DNA from: Octopus sinensis
Taxonomy: Eukaryota
Assembly: GCF_006345805.1 (NCBI RefSeq)
Contig: NC_043011.1
Coordinates: forward strand, 16,132,464-16,196,463
Direction: 5' to 3'
DNA length: 64,000 bases
A program made the translations under genes and the position numbers. Shown piece by piece: positions 27,301-39,042 of the stretch. The stretch's first letter is position 1. Every line of letters starts with the position of its first letter. The notes below the pieces were generated by a model. That model saw nothing but the letters and a program-made list of their open reading frames with translations, had not been told where the DNA came from and made no database searches.

Positions 27301-28380
27301 GGAAGGAAAACTGATCCAGATAGCAGCAAAACACGAGCAAAACAAAAAACTGTTCTCAGTATTTAAGGAAGCTGACAAATACAAACAAGAAATCATACCA
27401 CCTAATAAACATGAAGAAGAAGAAGAAGAAGAAGAAGATGAAGAAACAACAAAAGCTATAAAACAAATGAAATCAAAACTAAAAATAGAACAGCAACGAA
27501 CCATGATAAAACGATGGCAAGAAAAGCCCCTTCATGGTAAATACTGGACTAAAGTAAACGCAAAAGAAATAGACAAAGAAAAATCCCAGCAATGGTTCAG
27601 AAGCTCAGGAATCAAAGCAGAAACAGAGGGATTTTTAATTGCAGCACAAGACCAAAGCCTCCCCACCAGAAATTACCAAAAACGTGTAATGAAAAGAAAT
27701 ATTACAAGTAACTGCAGAATATGTGGAGATGGACAAGAAACAATAAATCATATTATCTCTAGCTACCCCGTCCTGGCTAAGAAGGAATATATTCACAGAC
27801 ATGACAGTGTTGGAACCTACATACATTGGAAGCTATGCCAACATTATGGAATAACAACAGAAAAAAGATGGTATAGGCACACACCAGAAAAGGTCACAGA
27901 AAACGAGAAAGCAACCATACTCTGGGATATGCCGATTCACACAGATAGAGCAATTAAGGCCAACAGACCAGATATAGTTGTCAGAGATCATGAAGAAAAA
28001 AAATGCTTTCTAATTGATGTATCAATACCGGCAGATGACAACGTGTCTCTAAAAGAAATGGAGAAACTCTCAAAATACAAAGACCTGGAAATAGAGGTAA
28101 CTAGAATGTGGAATCTGAAAACAGAAACAATTCCTATCATAGTAGGTGCATTAGGCATGATAAAAAAATATTCAGACAAATACATAACAAAAACACCAGG
28201 ACTTACAAACACATATAACATACAGAAAATTGCACTACTAGGCACTGCACACATCCTACGCAGAACACTTTCCATACAATAACCATCAGAGCATCACAAC
28301 AAATCACAGCACATACCCAAGGCACACAGAGCTGTGCTCGGTAGTGAAGTGAAAGCACGCTATAAAAAATAAAACTACAG
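24398..28380 (+). mobile_element. Near-full-length R4-clade (Dong-like) non-LTR retrotransposon inserted in (AAT)n
   Basis: (AAT)n immediately 5' (24336-24397) and 3' (28381-28398). One long RT plus RLE reading frame and a short 3' UTR. Dong-family R4 elements are known to target TAA repeats. Confidence 0.92.
24633..28282 (+). pseudogene. RT + restriction-like endonuclease polyprotein (about 1216 aa if repaired), with one frameshift and one in-frame stop
   Basis: N-terminal Myb-like KRRKWTREEY. RT motifs NYRPITCLP, QKGCR, WIDYKKAFDSIPH, GIFQGDTLSPLLF, YMDD (26714-26725), FGLEKC, YKYLG. Zinc knuckle CRICG...HIISSY, RHD, and the PDIVV..D..K nuclease motif. One A missing in the run at 25089-25094 and an in-frame TAA at 25568-25570. 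Confidence 0.93.
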
Positions 28381-29559
28381 AATAATAATAATAATAATGC
28401 TGATGATAATGACGATGACGATGATGATGATGATGATGATGCCGCTTTTAATATACAGAAGAATAGCCACTTAATTGAACAATGCAATCATTGCATCAAT
28501 TTAAATGCAGTGCCATCTTCAGCTGCAGAAATAAATAAATAAATGGAATTGCAACAAGTAGGACACATCAATATAATTTTTCTCAAATATTTTAACAGAG
28601 CTAGGACATGGAAGTAAATCATGTTGTCACTATTTTAGCTAAGAATAGACTACAATTCTAAGAATCGCATTGGGTATAGCGGGGCCATAGGGTTGTAAGG
28701 GACTCTTATTCATTTCTAATACTCTTATCTTTTTATCAACTTCAACATTTAAGATAGAAGACTGTGTCTATTTTGAATAAGGGACAAGAATGAGTTGACA
28801 GCTCATGGCTAGGTATGGTTATAAATATTATCACATATATCTCTTTTCCCCAGGAAGGAATTTAGACATTGGGAGTAATTAGTTGGATATAGGTAACTGT
28901 CTACAAAAGGGACAGGGTAGGGTAGACTTTAAATCATGATGTTAATTACCAGTGAAAGGGACAAGACGCTAAGAAACCTAAGATGTTAATACAAAGGAAA
29001 TTTTATTTTGGGGCACTATGTGTGATGGCTTATAATCAATATTGTTATACTGTATAAAAATAAAATTTCAGAATTTCAGAATTGATATAACGAAAATAGG
29101 TAAAAGGTGTGTTATAAATGTTAAAAACGAAGATTGCATAGAATCAGTTTAATATCCATTGATGTACTTAATTAATTACTTATTAAGTGGTTTCTATAAA
29201 GACTGCTCAGAGCATTTACTTTTGGAATTCCTGAGAAGACATACATGTTGCCTATGAATTTGAAGACATAAATAAGAAAATATAAAGATGCATACAGATA
29301 CACCCATTTATAAAAGTGCATATATGTATACATAGACGTACATAAGTATTTATACGTTTATATGGATATAGCATAACTATCTCGCGTTGATTTAACAGAA
29401 AAATATCTATTTAAGTACAATAAAAGTAACAATTTATAAGGGATAAGAGGTTAATAAGTAAGGATATCAAAGTAAGAAAAAAAAATGAATTATAGTAAAT
29501 GGTAAGAAATACATATAAAGTACGTATAAAGAGACAGGATACCAATTCTGTAGGGATTT

Positions 29560-30132
29560 TTTTCTCCACTCTAAACCCTTTCGAACGTCTGTTTTGAAAG
29601 TGGTGGTTTTCTGATTGCAGCTCTCCCGTGAAATGCGACTTTGTCCAGCTCTTGGCGAACAGTCTTTGTAGAAACAGGGTTCTTGAGGCGGTCATTAAGC
29701 TTTGCAGTATTTTTGGGCGCTTTACTTTTGTAATACTTTCTAATAATTCGCTTATGAGTCCGACGATCCGTATCTGAAATGTTGGTTTTCTTCCGGAGTT
29801 TTTTCCTCTTTCTCAAAGGCTGTCACTACTTTGGTGACAGTACTCCTTGATACACCAAATATTTCGGCTCTTTTCGTTACAATGGCGCTTGTCATACGAG
29901 TACCAACAATTTGATCTCTTTGGAAGACTGATAGATCTCTCATTTTAATGAATTTTAATTACCTTTTTCTGATGATATCTGAAAATAAACAGCAATGTTA
30001 GCAAAACATATTAAACAACACTAATAATAAATCCAAAAACATAAAAATAAACAAGCTGTTGACGGTTTTATAGATACTTCAAAATTATGAGGTTATGATG
30101 CTAGGTGTTTCTATTATTTTGTCTAACCCCTG
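29560..30132 (-). mobile_element. Truncated Tc1-like DNA transposon (one TIR plus N-terminal DNA-binding region)
   Basis: TIR caggggttagacaaaataatagaaacacc at 30132-30104 next to TA. Frameshifted MRDLSVFQRDQIVG...FGVSRSTV and KNPVSTKTVRQELDKVAFHGRAAIRKP. No second TIR found. Confidence 0.85.
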
Positions 30133-31869
30133 TATATGTATATATATGACAGACGTCTATTGGCGGACGTTGCCTGAATTCATGTGGTTGGGAAGACATC
30201 TTACCACACACCTACGTCAGCAATCCATATATTATATATCAACTACGCGCACACAGACATATATACATGCATGTGTATGTGCTTATGCGTGACGCGAAGT
30301 ATCTATACATGAAGGAAGAGAGAAAGAGAGGAAGGCAGAGTAGACAAAAAAGACATTTCTCCAATTAATATAATACTGACGTTATATTATATGCCTTCTG
30401 CATTCGTTCGTGAAATTCTATGTATATCTTGTAAATGCTCTGATTACTGTATTAAATGATATTACCTCCAGTGTAAGGAGGTCTCAACAAGAATCGCTGT
30501 AATGAAACTAATCTAATTTATCTATTGCATAATTTACCAATGTTATATAGCAATGCATAGTTAACAATTATCTCTGTATAATGAATTATGGTAAATTATG
30601 GTGAATTATGGTAAATTATGGAAAATAATTGTAATCCGACACACATTTTATTATATCATAAGTTATGTAATTATGTAAAATAATCTTTTCAGCGATTCCT
30701 ATGAATTAAATTCGAAGTAGAACCACAGCGCAAAATTTCTTGGCTACAAATAATTATCGTTATAAACTAGCTTTATAAAAGTATTCATGAAAATAATACC
30801 AATCCATTCTACCATATAGATAAGTTTGGATTATTAGTTGACATCACACTGCCTGACAAAATCAGTTTATCAATCGATATCTTCTGAAGAATGTTGATAT
30901 AAAATGCATGTGCATTTGTTTTTCATTATAGTTTCTCATTTTTTTTATTGCGCTTTTATTTTATTCATTCCAAATGGGCACGGTGTAATGTGATCTTTGA
31001 GTAAGAGTAATAGAGTTAGTCTTTGAGGTTAGGAAGCGGAATTGTTTGCTTTCAACGAAATAGCGTCAAGTCTAACACTAAAGATGAACATATGTTGATG
31101 CATCAGTCTTTTGCAAATTGTTTGATAAACAATTTATAAACTCGTTAGCAGTTCCCAAAGATCAAATTCAGACTTGCAAAACAAATTTCCAAGCGTAATT
31201 TCAATTGACTAATCATTAGTGGGGTGTCAGTACTTAAAGCATACTCGTTCACATTTAATAATACGTGGTTGTACATTGACGGGGAGAATATAGTCTGTAG
31301 GCAGGCAAATTTTCATGTTCCGGAAATAATTGCTAATCAGGATGTTGTGTATCTTTCTACACACACATACACACACGCACACACACATACACACACACAA
31401 ATATATATGTATATGGAGAAATGATTTGCATTTCCTGGCGAGAACAATCAGAAGTAACTTGGCTTTGGGGGTTTTAAATGCACATGAATCTGAAAAGGTG
31501 AGGTCTTTTTTAGAATTTGTAATAGATTTATTAAAATACCAAACCAATTTCTACATTTTTACTTTCGCAATGTCAAATAAATAAAAAAAAAACTTTAGGA
31601 GACATTAGGGAACATTCGGGGAAAATTACTTGCTTAAAAGATCAAATGTTCATACAAATTCCAATATTCAATAAGTTTTACAGAGGTAGATAGTAATAGA
31701 AGTTCAAATGTTCGCTGAATTTTATAGCAGTCATACATGATTGAATGTTCAAAACCATTGAATTATATGAACAATTAGATACAATGTAATTTTAAAAACA
31801 GTAACAAAAATAGAAAATAAGAATCGGTTTTTGCATTTTCTGTTGTAATGCATGAAAGAAGATTATTGT

Positions 31870-32300
31870 CGCTGTTCTTGCAGATGAGAGCTTGAATCTA
31901 ATTGGTTAATCCTAGGTTAATATCAACGACTGGTGTTTCAGAGTGTGTAAGGAGTTATTGCACAGCATTTGTAGATAAGGTTTGCATATTCCGGAGGCAG
32001 CCCGTTACTTAAACGTTTGATTTATATATGTTGATTCTAGTTGCTTTTCGTAAATGAATTAATGTCTCTTCTTCTGGTGTATTGTTACAGGTCATATAGT
32101 TGTGTTCTCTAGTACTTTATAAGCATATTCTCTTTATCGGTATAGAGGGAAAATCTGGTATTTTGGATATTTGCTTGCGGAGTACAGATCTAAGTGTTTA
32201 CTTAAGATAATAAGAAAATATTGTTATTAAGAGACATGAAACACAACTAAATAATCAGATATTTATCCGGCCAAAACTGGAATCTCAGGAATAAGCAGAT
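31870..32300 (-). pseudogene. Heavily decayed Penelope-like element, GIY-YIG C-terminal region
   Basis: Minus-strand translation KHLDLYSASKYPKYQIFPLY...IYKSNV* resembles the C-terminus of Penelope endonucleases. Confidence 0.4.
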
Positions 32301-32921
32301 TAACATTGAGCTGAATGACACCAGTGGCTTTTTAAGGGAATCAACCAACCGGAATGCTAGACGATCGTCAGACCCAAATACGTTACCAAGACCATTGACA
32401 AAAACAAATGACGTAAGCAGAAAATCAACCAACCAAAGCACTGGATCTGTACTAGTCAAGAACAAGTTATCTAAACAAATGGCATCACCAGGATTTCTAG
32501 GAACTAGAATGTTGCACTGTCAAACCAAAATATTTTACCAAAACACCCGTAAGACAAGTGACATTTTCTGGCAGTCAGCCAAGATACTAGACCATAGACG
32601 AACAAAGAAGAAGTGACGTCAGTAAACTTACAACCAATTAGAACTTTAACCATTATCGAAAAAACCTATATTATAAAGCAATTTTAGATTAAAACAGTTC
32701 TAGCAAAACCAGCGAGAACAACCTCCTTCATTACCAACGAAAGACACTGTAGAAAGAACTTGTTTTCTTTCTCTTCTTTTTATTCTTAGTCGTAAAAACT
32801 AATTTTTCATATAACTCAGTGTTACTGATCTTTCAGTCATGTATGGCTGTTATGAAATTCTTCGAACATTTAAACTTGTATTACTGTCTATCACTGTAAA
32901 ACTTATTGAATATTTTAAATA

Positions 32922-34164
32922 TCAGGTTGGTGCAAAAGTAAAGTCCGATTTAAAGATCTAAGCTGAACATGGATAAGTCAATGACTATGGAAACATTTAT
33001 TACTTAACATACTCTCCATTGCTTTCACTGATCTCATTCATTCTTTCAACAACCATATAAATGCATCGCTCGTAAAATTTTGTAGGTTTAGTCTCTTGTC
33101 TTGTTGTTAACCTAAGTTCATCAAAATGGTTCTGTAGTCCTCGGAACAAATGGTAATCAGAAGGAGCTAGGTCAAGAGAGTATGGAGGATAAGGCAGTAT
33201 TTCCCAACCAAAATTCTTCAAAGAGAGTTTTCATCAGTCGAGCTGTGTGAGGACGAGCATTATTGTGATGGAAGGTGACACCCTTTCTGTTAACCAAGGA
33301 TTCTCGCTTTTGGCTCAGAACTGTTTTCAAACGACGAAGTTGCTCACAGTAAAGATTAGCATTAATTGTTTGGTTGTCATCCAACAGTTCATAATGGATT
33401 ACTCCTTTAATATCCCACCATACACTCAACAGGATCTTTGGATGAAGTCCTGCTCTCTGTTGTTTAACTGGTCATCCTCCTCAATTGATCCAAGAACGGC
33501 AGCATTTAACATTATGGTAAAGAATCCACTTCTCATCACCTGTAAGAAGCCTGTCTAAAATTTTGCTTGGAAGTGACGCGAAAGCAATGATTGATAACCA
33601 GCAGCACGCTGTTGTTGATTCTCTGGAGACAGTTAGTGAGGGATAACTTTTCCATCCACCGAAACCTTTCCAATGTGTTGTAGCTGGCGTACCACAGTTG
33701 TATGGGTTACGTTTAACTGTTCTGCAAGTTCCCTAGTGGAAACGGTAGGGTTCTCTGAAATAAGAGTTCCAACATTTTGGAATGAAGTTATTTTGGACGA
33801 CCCTATTTTGGCTCTTTTTTAAAAGTGAAATCACCACTTCGGAAACGGGAAACATCACCTCCTGCTACTTCTTTCATTCATTACATCATCACCATAAGTG
33901 CCCTGAATAGATCTTGCTGCTGCACTTGCATTAACACCTTTAAGAAACTCGTAGAGTAAAATATTTCTCATGTTATCTTTAGATGGGACAAACTTGGTGG
34001 TAAAAGTTTCTGAGAATTATGGTCAGAAGTTAGATAATCTGAAAGAAAATAGTACAAATTAGACACAGAGATATATTAAATCTATAAGAAGTAAAAGAAA
34101 AATCGATAAATTTGCTCTGAAACATTTTTTGTAGAAATCGGGCAATACTTTTGCCCCAACCTTA
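32922..34164 (-). mobile_element. Full-length defective mariner element (1243 bp) with TIRs and a TA TSD
   Basis: Imperfect 30-bp TIRs at 32922-32951 and 34135-34164, TA on both sides, similar to Hsmar1-type TIRs. Broken transposase pieces FRSGDF, VWWDIKG, HNNARPH and YSLDLAPSDYHLF. Confidence 0.92.
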
Positions 34165-34547
34165 TAGCATGAACATTTGATCTTTTAAGCACGTTTCTCC
34201 GAATTTTACCTTGTTTCTTCGGTCACCTTATTTTTAGTTACCACTGAAAAGCAAAATATTGTGGAGACCGGTCAGCTATTGCAACAAATTTACTACAAAG
34301 TTTAAAGACAACCACACGTTTAGATTCATTTGCTGTTTGACACCCATCGCCAAACAACTCTACTCTATACATAAATATCAAGGCTCCGATTACCATACTC
34401 AGAAGAGCTAGTTAGCTAGCTATATGCATATTTATACATACATATACTCACACATATATACATATATAAGTATATATGTATAAATATATATGTATATATG
34501 TAAATATATATATATATATATATATAGAATATATACATATATATGTA

Positions 34548-34610
<63 letters not shown>

Positions 34611-35104
34611 TGTATGCATACATACCTACACACACACACATTTATATGTATATCATATACACATAAGCTTTCTTGTATACAACCGTCGATACTGCATTAT
34701 GTTGTTGTCGCTCTTTCTCCACATAACGTTAGTCAGTTATTTAAAGTATGTATAGCTACGATTGTTCTACAAACATTATATTCACTTTTCTCTGCGACAA
34801 AATGAATTATTGGCGAAAGTCTTTGAAATGAATGACATTATGACTACATGCCACAGCACGTTAATGACGCTTTAAATAATCTAAAATAATATTCCCAACT
34901 TGCTAAAATTAAATTATGCTCTTGTAAGAGGCTACTTCTCCATGCTGAGGATCAACGACATTCACATTAATCTCATCGCACTATCTATTAGTTGATACGC
35001 AGATTGCTCGCACACAAGGAAAGCAATCTTTAGCGAATTTAGATTTCTAGAAACGAAGTAATATATGAAGTTCCAAGTGTTTGGATACCTGATTCAGATA
35101 AGCA

Positions 35105-36070
35105 TATTTAGGCCTGATACAGATAGAAGACTACTGTAAAATAACAACAGTTGGACTAACAAAGTACTTACAAATAAACAGGGGAGGGCTACTGCATGTT
35201 GTAAAGCAATATGAGAAAAAGAAAACGCTATTCCATATACAGAAAGAGGCGACAAACTACAAAGGAAAAGCAAACTACACTGACGCACTAACCTCAGATG
35301 ACAACATAGTAGAAATTGTCAGAGACAAAAAAAGACATGAAAACTGAATTACAAAAGTTACTGAAGAAGAAATGGAATGAAAAACCACTTCATGGCCAGT
35401 ATCCTGCAAGGCTATACAGGGAGGAAGCAAAAGACAACGATGGCTCAAAAGCTTTGGACTAAAAGTCGAAAAGGAAGTACTGATTCTCGTTGCACAAGTC
35501 CAATGCTTGACTGCAAACAATTTTAAAAACAAAATGATGAAAACATGCCTCACCACCAAATGCAGAATGTGCAGCCAGAACAATGAACAATTGACCACAT
35601 CATCTCCGTCTGCCCAGTCCTTGCCAAGTCTGAATATATATATATAAAAACGCAACAAAATAAGTAGATATATCCACAGGATAATATGCCAAAATTACAA
35701 CATCAAAACTGGCAGCAGGTGATATAAACATGAATTAGGAAAGCTACAAGTCAACGATCAGGCCAAATTCATCCGGGATATGCCGGTTCAAACCGACAAA
35801 GAAATAAAAGCTAATCGCCTTGACACATTAGTCAAGGATTGGGGAACTAACACATACTTGCTGATTGGCATTGCAATCCCTTCTGACCAAATTATTGTCC
35901 AAAAAGAAGTGGAGAAATTATCAAAGTACAACCTCGAAATGGAAGTATTCAGGATGTGGGGCTTGAAGGTAAAATCAGTTACCTATAATAATTGGAGCGT
36001 TGGGCATGACAAAAAAAACATATGAACAAAAATCTAGTAGCTAAACCTGGATCCTCAAAACCACACAACT
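35105..36070 (+). pseudogene. Old, diverged R4/Dong-type relic (post-RT and RLE region)
   Basis: GLIQIEDYCKITTVGL, EKPLHGQY, CRMC..DHIISVCPVLAKSEY and MPVQTDKEIKANRLD...EKLSKY, colinear with the intact element and broken by stops and frameshifts. Confidence 0.88.
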
Positions 36071-36102
36071 GAAGTTTAAAACTTGCAAAGAAGGTCTTGA
36101 AA

Positions 36103-36148
36103 CCACCTGATGAATGTCAATAGAAGTGACAAGAAACGATCGTAGTGG
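36103..36148 (+). ncRNA. Type I hammerhead ribozyme motif
   Basis: ccac-CTGATGA-a-tgtca(atagaag)tgaca-a-GAAAC-GATC-GTA-gtgg. Stem I ccac/gtgg, 5-bp stem II, stem III with palindromic ACGATCGT. Confidence 0.65.
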
Positions 36149-36324
36149 ATATCTTAATTATATTTAATTTATATAAATTTTTTTATGTATTGGATTAAGT
36201 CTTTCTTTGTTTGATTTGCATAATAGTGGTTTTGTCTCTAATTAATATTATATTATATTTTACTATAAAATTGGATTCAATCCTAAATCTGATTTTTCCC
36301 TGTAAATTTGGATTTATTCCCTAA

Positions 36325-36381
<57 letters not shown>

Positions 36382-37261
36382 ATTTCGTTATGCTAGTATA
36401 TAAATCCATGACATCAAACAAGATGTTTCTGTTAGCAGTTTTGTTCCAAATGTCACTGAAGCAAAATATAATGATACTGCAGTATCAATTGACAAATACA
36501 ACAATTTTTCTAATATCAAAATCGATAGATCCGCTTAATAAATATGCACATCTCTCACTTCCACAATACTTAATCAACCTGTGCCCAGCGATGTAGGAAA
36601 TGTAGATTTGTCGACCCTTAGTGTGATAGGTGTTCTATGTTTTTTACAGCGGTTCCCTAGTTTGCTTTATTGAATATGTAGTTTACGATGGAAACTTCCG
36701 ATATGTGTTTGTGGTATTTATGATGATGTTAGGGTGGGGGTTGCTGTGCGTAGCGCTACCTCATTCACATATGAATTTTGCTTTATTAGCAAGAATATGC
36801 AATTTAGGAGATTGTTTTAAGAGACTCTAACGAGGTAGGAGATGATGTAACAGCACTAAAAATTAATTAACAGTTTTTAATCAGATTAATTAAGTGATTA
36901 CTGAATTCCCTATATTCTTTACATTAAATGGGTAATCCGTGATCTGAATTCAAATTTACTCGCAAATTGGCTGATAATCACGTTTGATAAAAAATAAACC
37001 ACTCAGAGCAACCGTTTAATTAGCCACCCGCTTCCACTTCAAATCAACACAAATAATATAATGTCCCTTTATAGCTTTTTCTTCACAGAGAAATGAAAGA
37101 GTTGCATTTCCATCTTCAACTGCTTCTTCTATCAATATCGGTGAAGAAAGTATTGTACATGTATAAGAGATGGTTGTAGAAACAAGAAATATTACCATGG
37201 CATATTTCATGAAAATTAAAATATTTGTATTAGCTGCTTATATCATTAATGTAAACACAAG

Positions 37262-37575
37262 TGAAAGCCCGTGGCTCACTGGTTAGGGTATTCGGTTCAC
37301 AATAGTACAGTTGTGAGTTCGATTGGCGGCGGTTCATTGTATCCTTGAAGAAGACCCTTTATTTTACGTTGCTCCAGACCACTCAAATGGAAAATATTCG
37401 TAGTACCTTATTTCAAAGGGCTAGCCTTGTCATATTCTGTGATCTGTGTCAGGCTGACACACCATGAGGACTACTTTAAGAGTACGCGTGTCTGCGGAGT
37501 GCTCAGCCACTTCCACATTAATTTCACGAGCAGGCTGTTGAACTGGAGACCTCGTCCTCGTAACCGACGGAATAC
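37262..37575 (+). mobile_element. Diverged tRNA-derived SINE
   Basis: A-box-like gtggctcactgg, B-box-like gagttcgatt, CORE-like ttgtatccttgaagaagaccctt. Confidence 0.6.
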
Positions 37576-39002
37576 CTATATTTTAAACACATGGCTTTTA
37601 GTGAGTCCAGTTTTCTGCAGTTTGTACACGTGTCTGCATTTTTATTAATGTATCTACATATAAGCATTCACACTTGCTGACACAAATGTACACACCTACT
37701 GACACAAATATATCAAAGCAAAAGACGAAAATGCCTTGAGATCTTTATAATAAATATATCAAAATATGTCGCAGGTTATAACTTTTAAGAAACTTAGCCA
37801 CGCCAAAAGAAAGCGCTGAAGTGAATTTATCCTTCAATACATCAGTCTCGAAATTTCAGATGATTTTCATATATAATACACGTCGTAGTGGTGTTGGTTA
37901 TCCAAGCTCTCCCCCTCTCCCCCTCCTCTCTCTGATGGCTGTTATGTTATGATAGTAGTAGTAACAGTATTACCAGTGGCAGTATCACATTTTTTTACCC
38001 TTCTTGTAACTACAGTGTTAGTGGTCTACAGTTCCTTAAAGCAATGTTGATATTAATAAGTTGTGCACAATGATAGAAGTCGAATGGTGTTGGTTGCATT
38101 TGTAGTAGAAACAATGGGAGCGGTTAAGAGTGGCTGGATGAGTTTCACTTTTAAAAGTAGTAATAGAGTTAGTGGCAGCTTAAGCAGTAATTATAGTAGT
38201 AGTGAGGAAGAAAAACTGTTGATTATTTCCTGCACTTTGGAGCTGAAATGGAAGATGTGGGTCTAGAAGTAACAGTAGCAATAGTAAAATTATTAGCACT
38301 AATAGTAAACACATTTTTATTAGTAAACTTTTCTCTCCCACAGTCTTCGGTACTTTGTTATGAACGCGGTTTCTTTCCTGATGACATGCTCTTACAATGT
38401 GCCATTGGAGAATTGATACAAGGATGAAGGATGTAAGATTCGCTTGTTTCTTACCTGAACATGTATGTATGTGTTTCATGAATCATATTCGTATGTATTT
38501 TTGTCTTCGAGTTTACGACCTTTGCCGAGTTCTAAGTTATCTGAAATGATATTCCTGATTACCGTATGTAGTTTACTCCTTCCTGGCCATGTTATTACGT
38601 TTTTGGGTGCAGGAGTAATTTATTTTTTCTGTATTTATAACAAATTTTCCATTGTATGAAACAGCCGTCTGTTACATTTAAACATAGTCGGATTCTACGT
38701 ATTTTAAACTTTTACCCCTGTGTTATTTTATGCATTTACTTTTTGAATTAATTTGGGATGTCTTCTGTGTTTAGGATGGTAGGGATTTGATACATTTGGC
38801 TAATCCTGGCGTACATTTTTCAGTATTGGTAATGAAGTAATTGTATAGGTTACATAAAATTCTCAAAGCATTTTCTGCCTACGCTTTAAAAGTAAATTAA
38901 CTAATATAACCATTGAGTGGAATAAAAAGTGCACCAACAACGGAGGCAACGATTTTGGTTTCCTTATTTCTAAAAGCAATGATGAAATAAATACATACTC
39001 AC

Positions 39003-39042
39003 CTCGTATCAATAATCAAAACTCTCGATAGATCACATTCTC
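39003..39042 (-). CDS. Candidate 40-nt internal exon (G/R-ECDLSRVLIIDT)
   Basis: Strong acceptor tttcttccttgttttctcgcatag| and donor gag|gtgagt. Only one frame is open. Confidence 0.25.

Noticed and set aside
24401-28487. Antisense ORFs overlapping the retrotransposon
   Set aside because: Expected shadows of an A-rich coding strand, with no motifs.
37016-37210. 64-aa minus-strand ORF with a hydrophobic start and an Ig-like VEDGNATLSFLC
   Set aside because: Short and isolated, with no further Ig motifs or clear exon boundaries.
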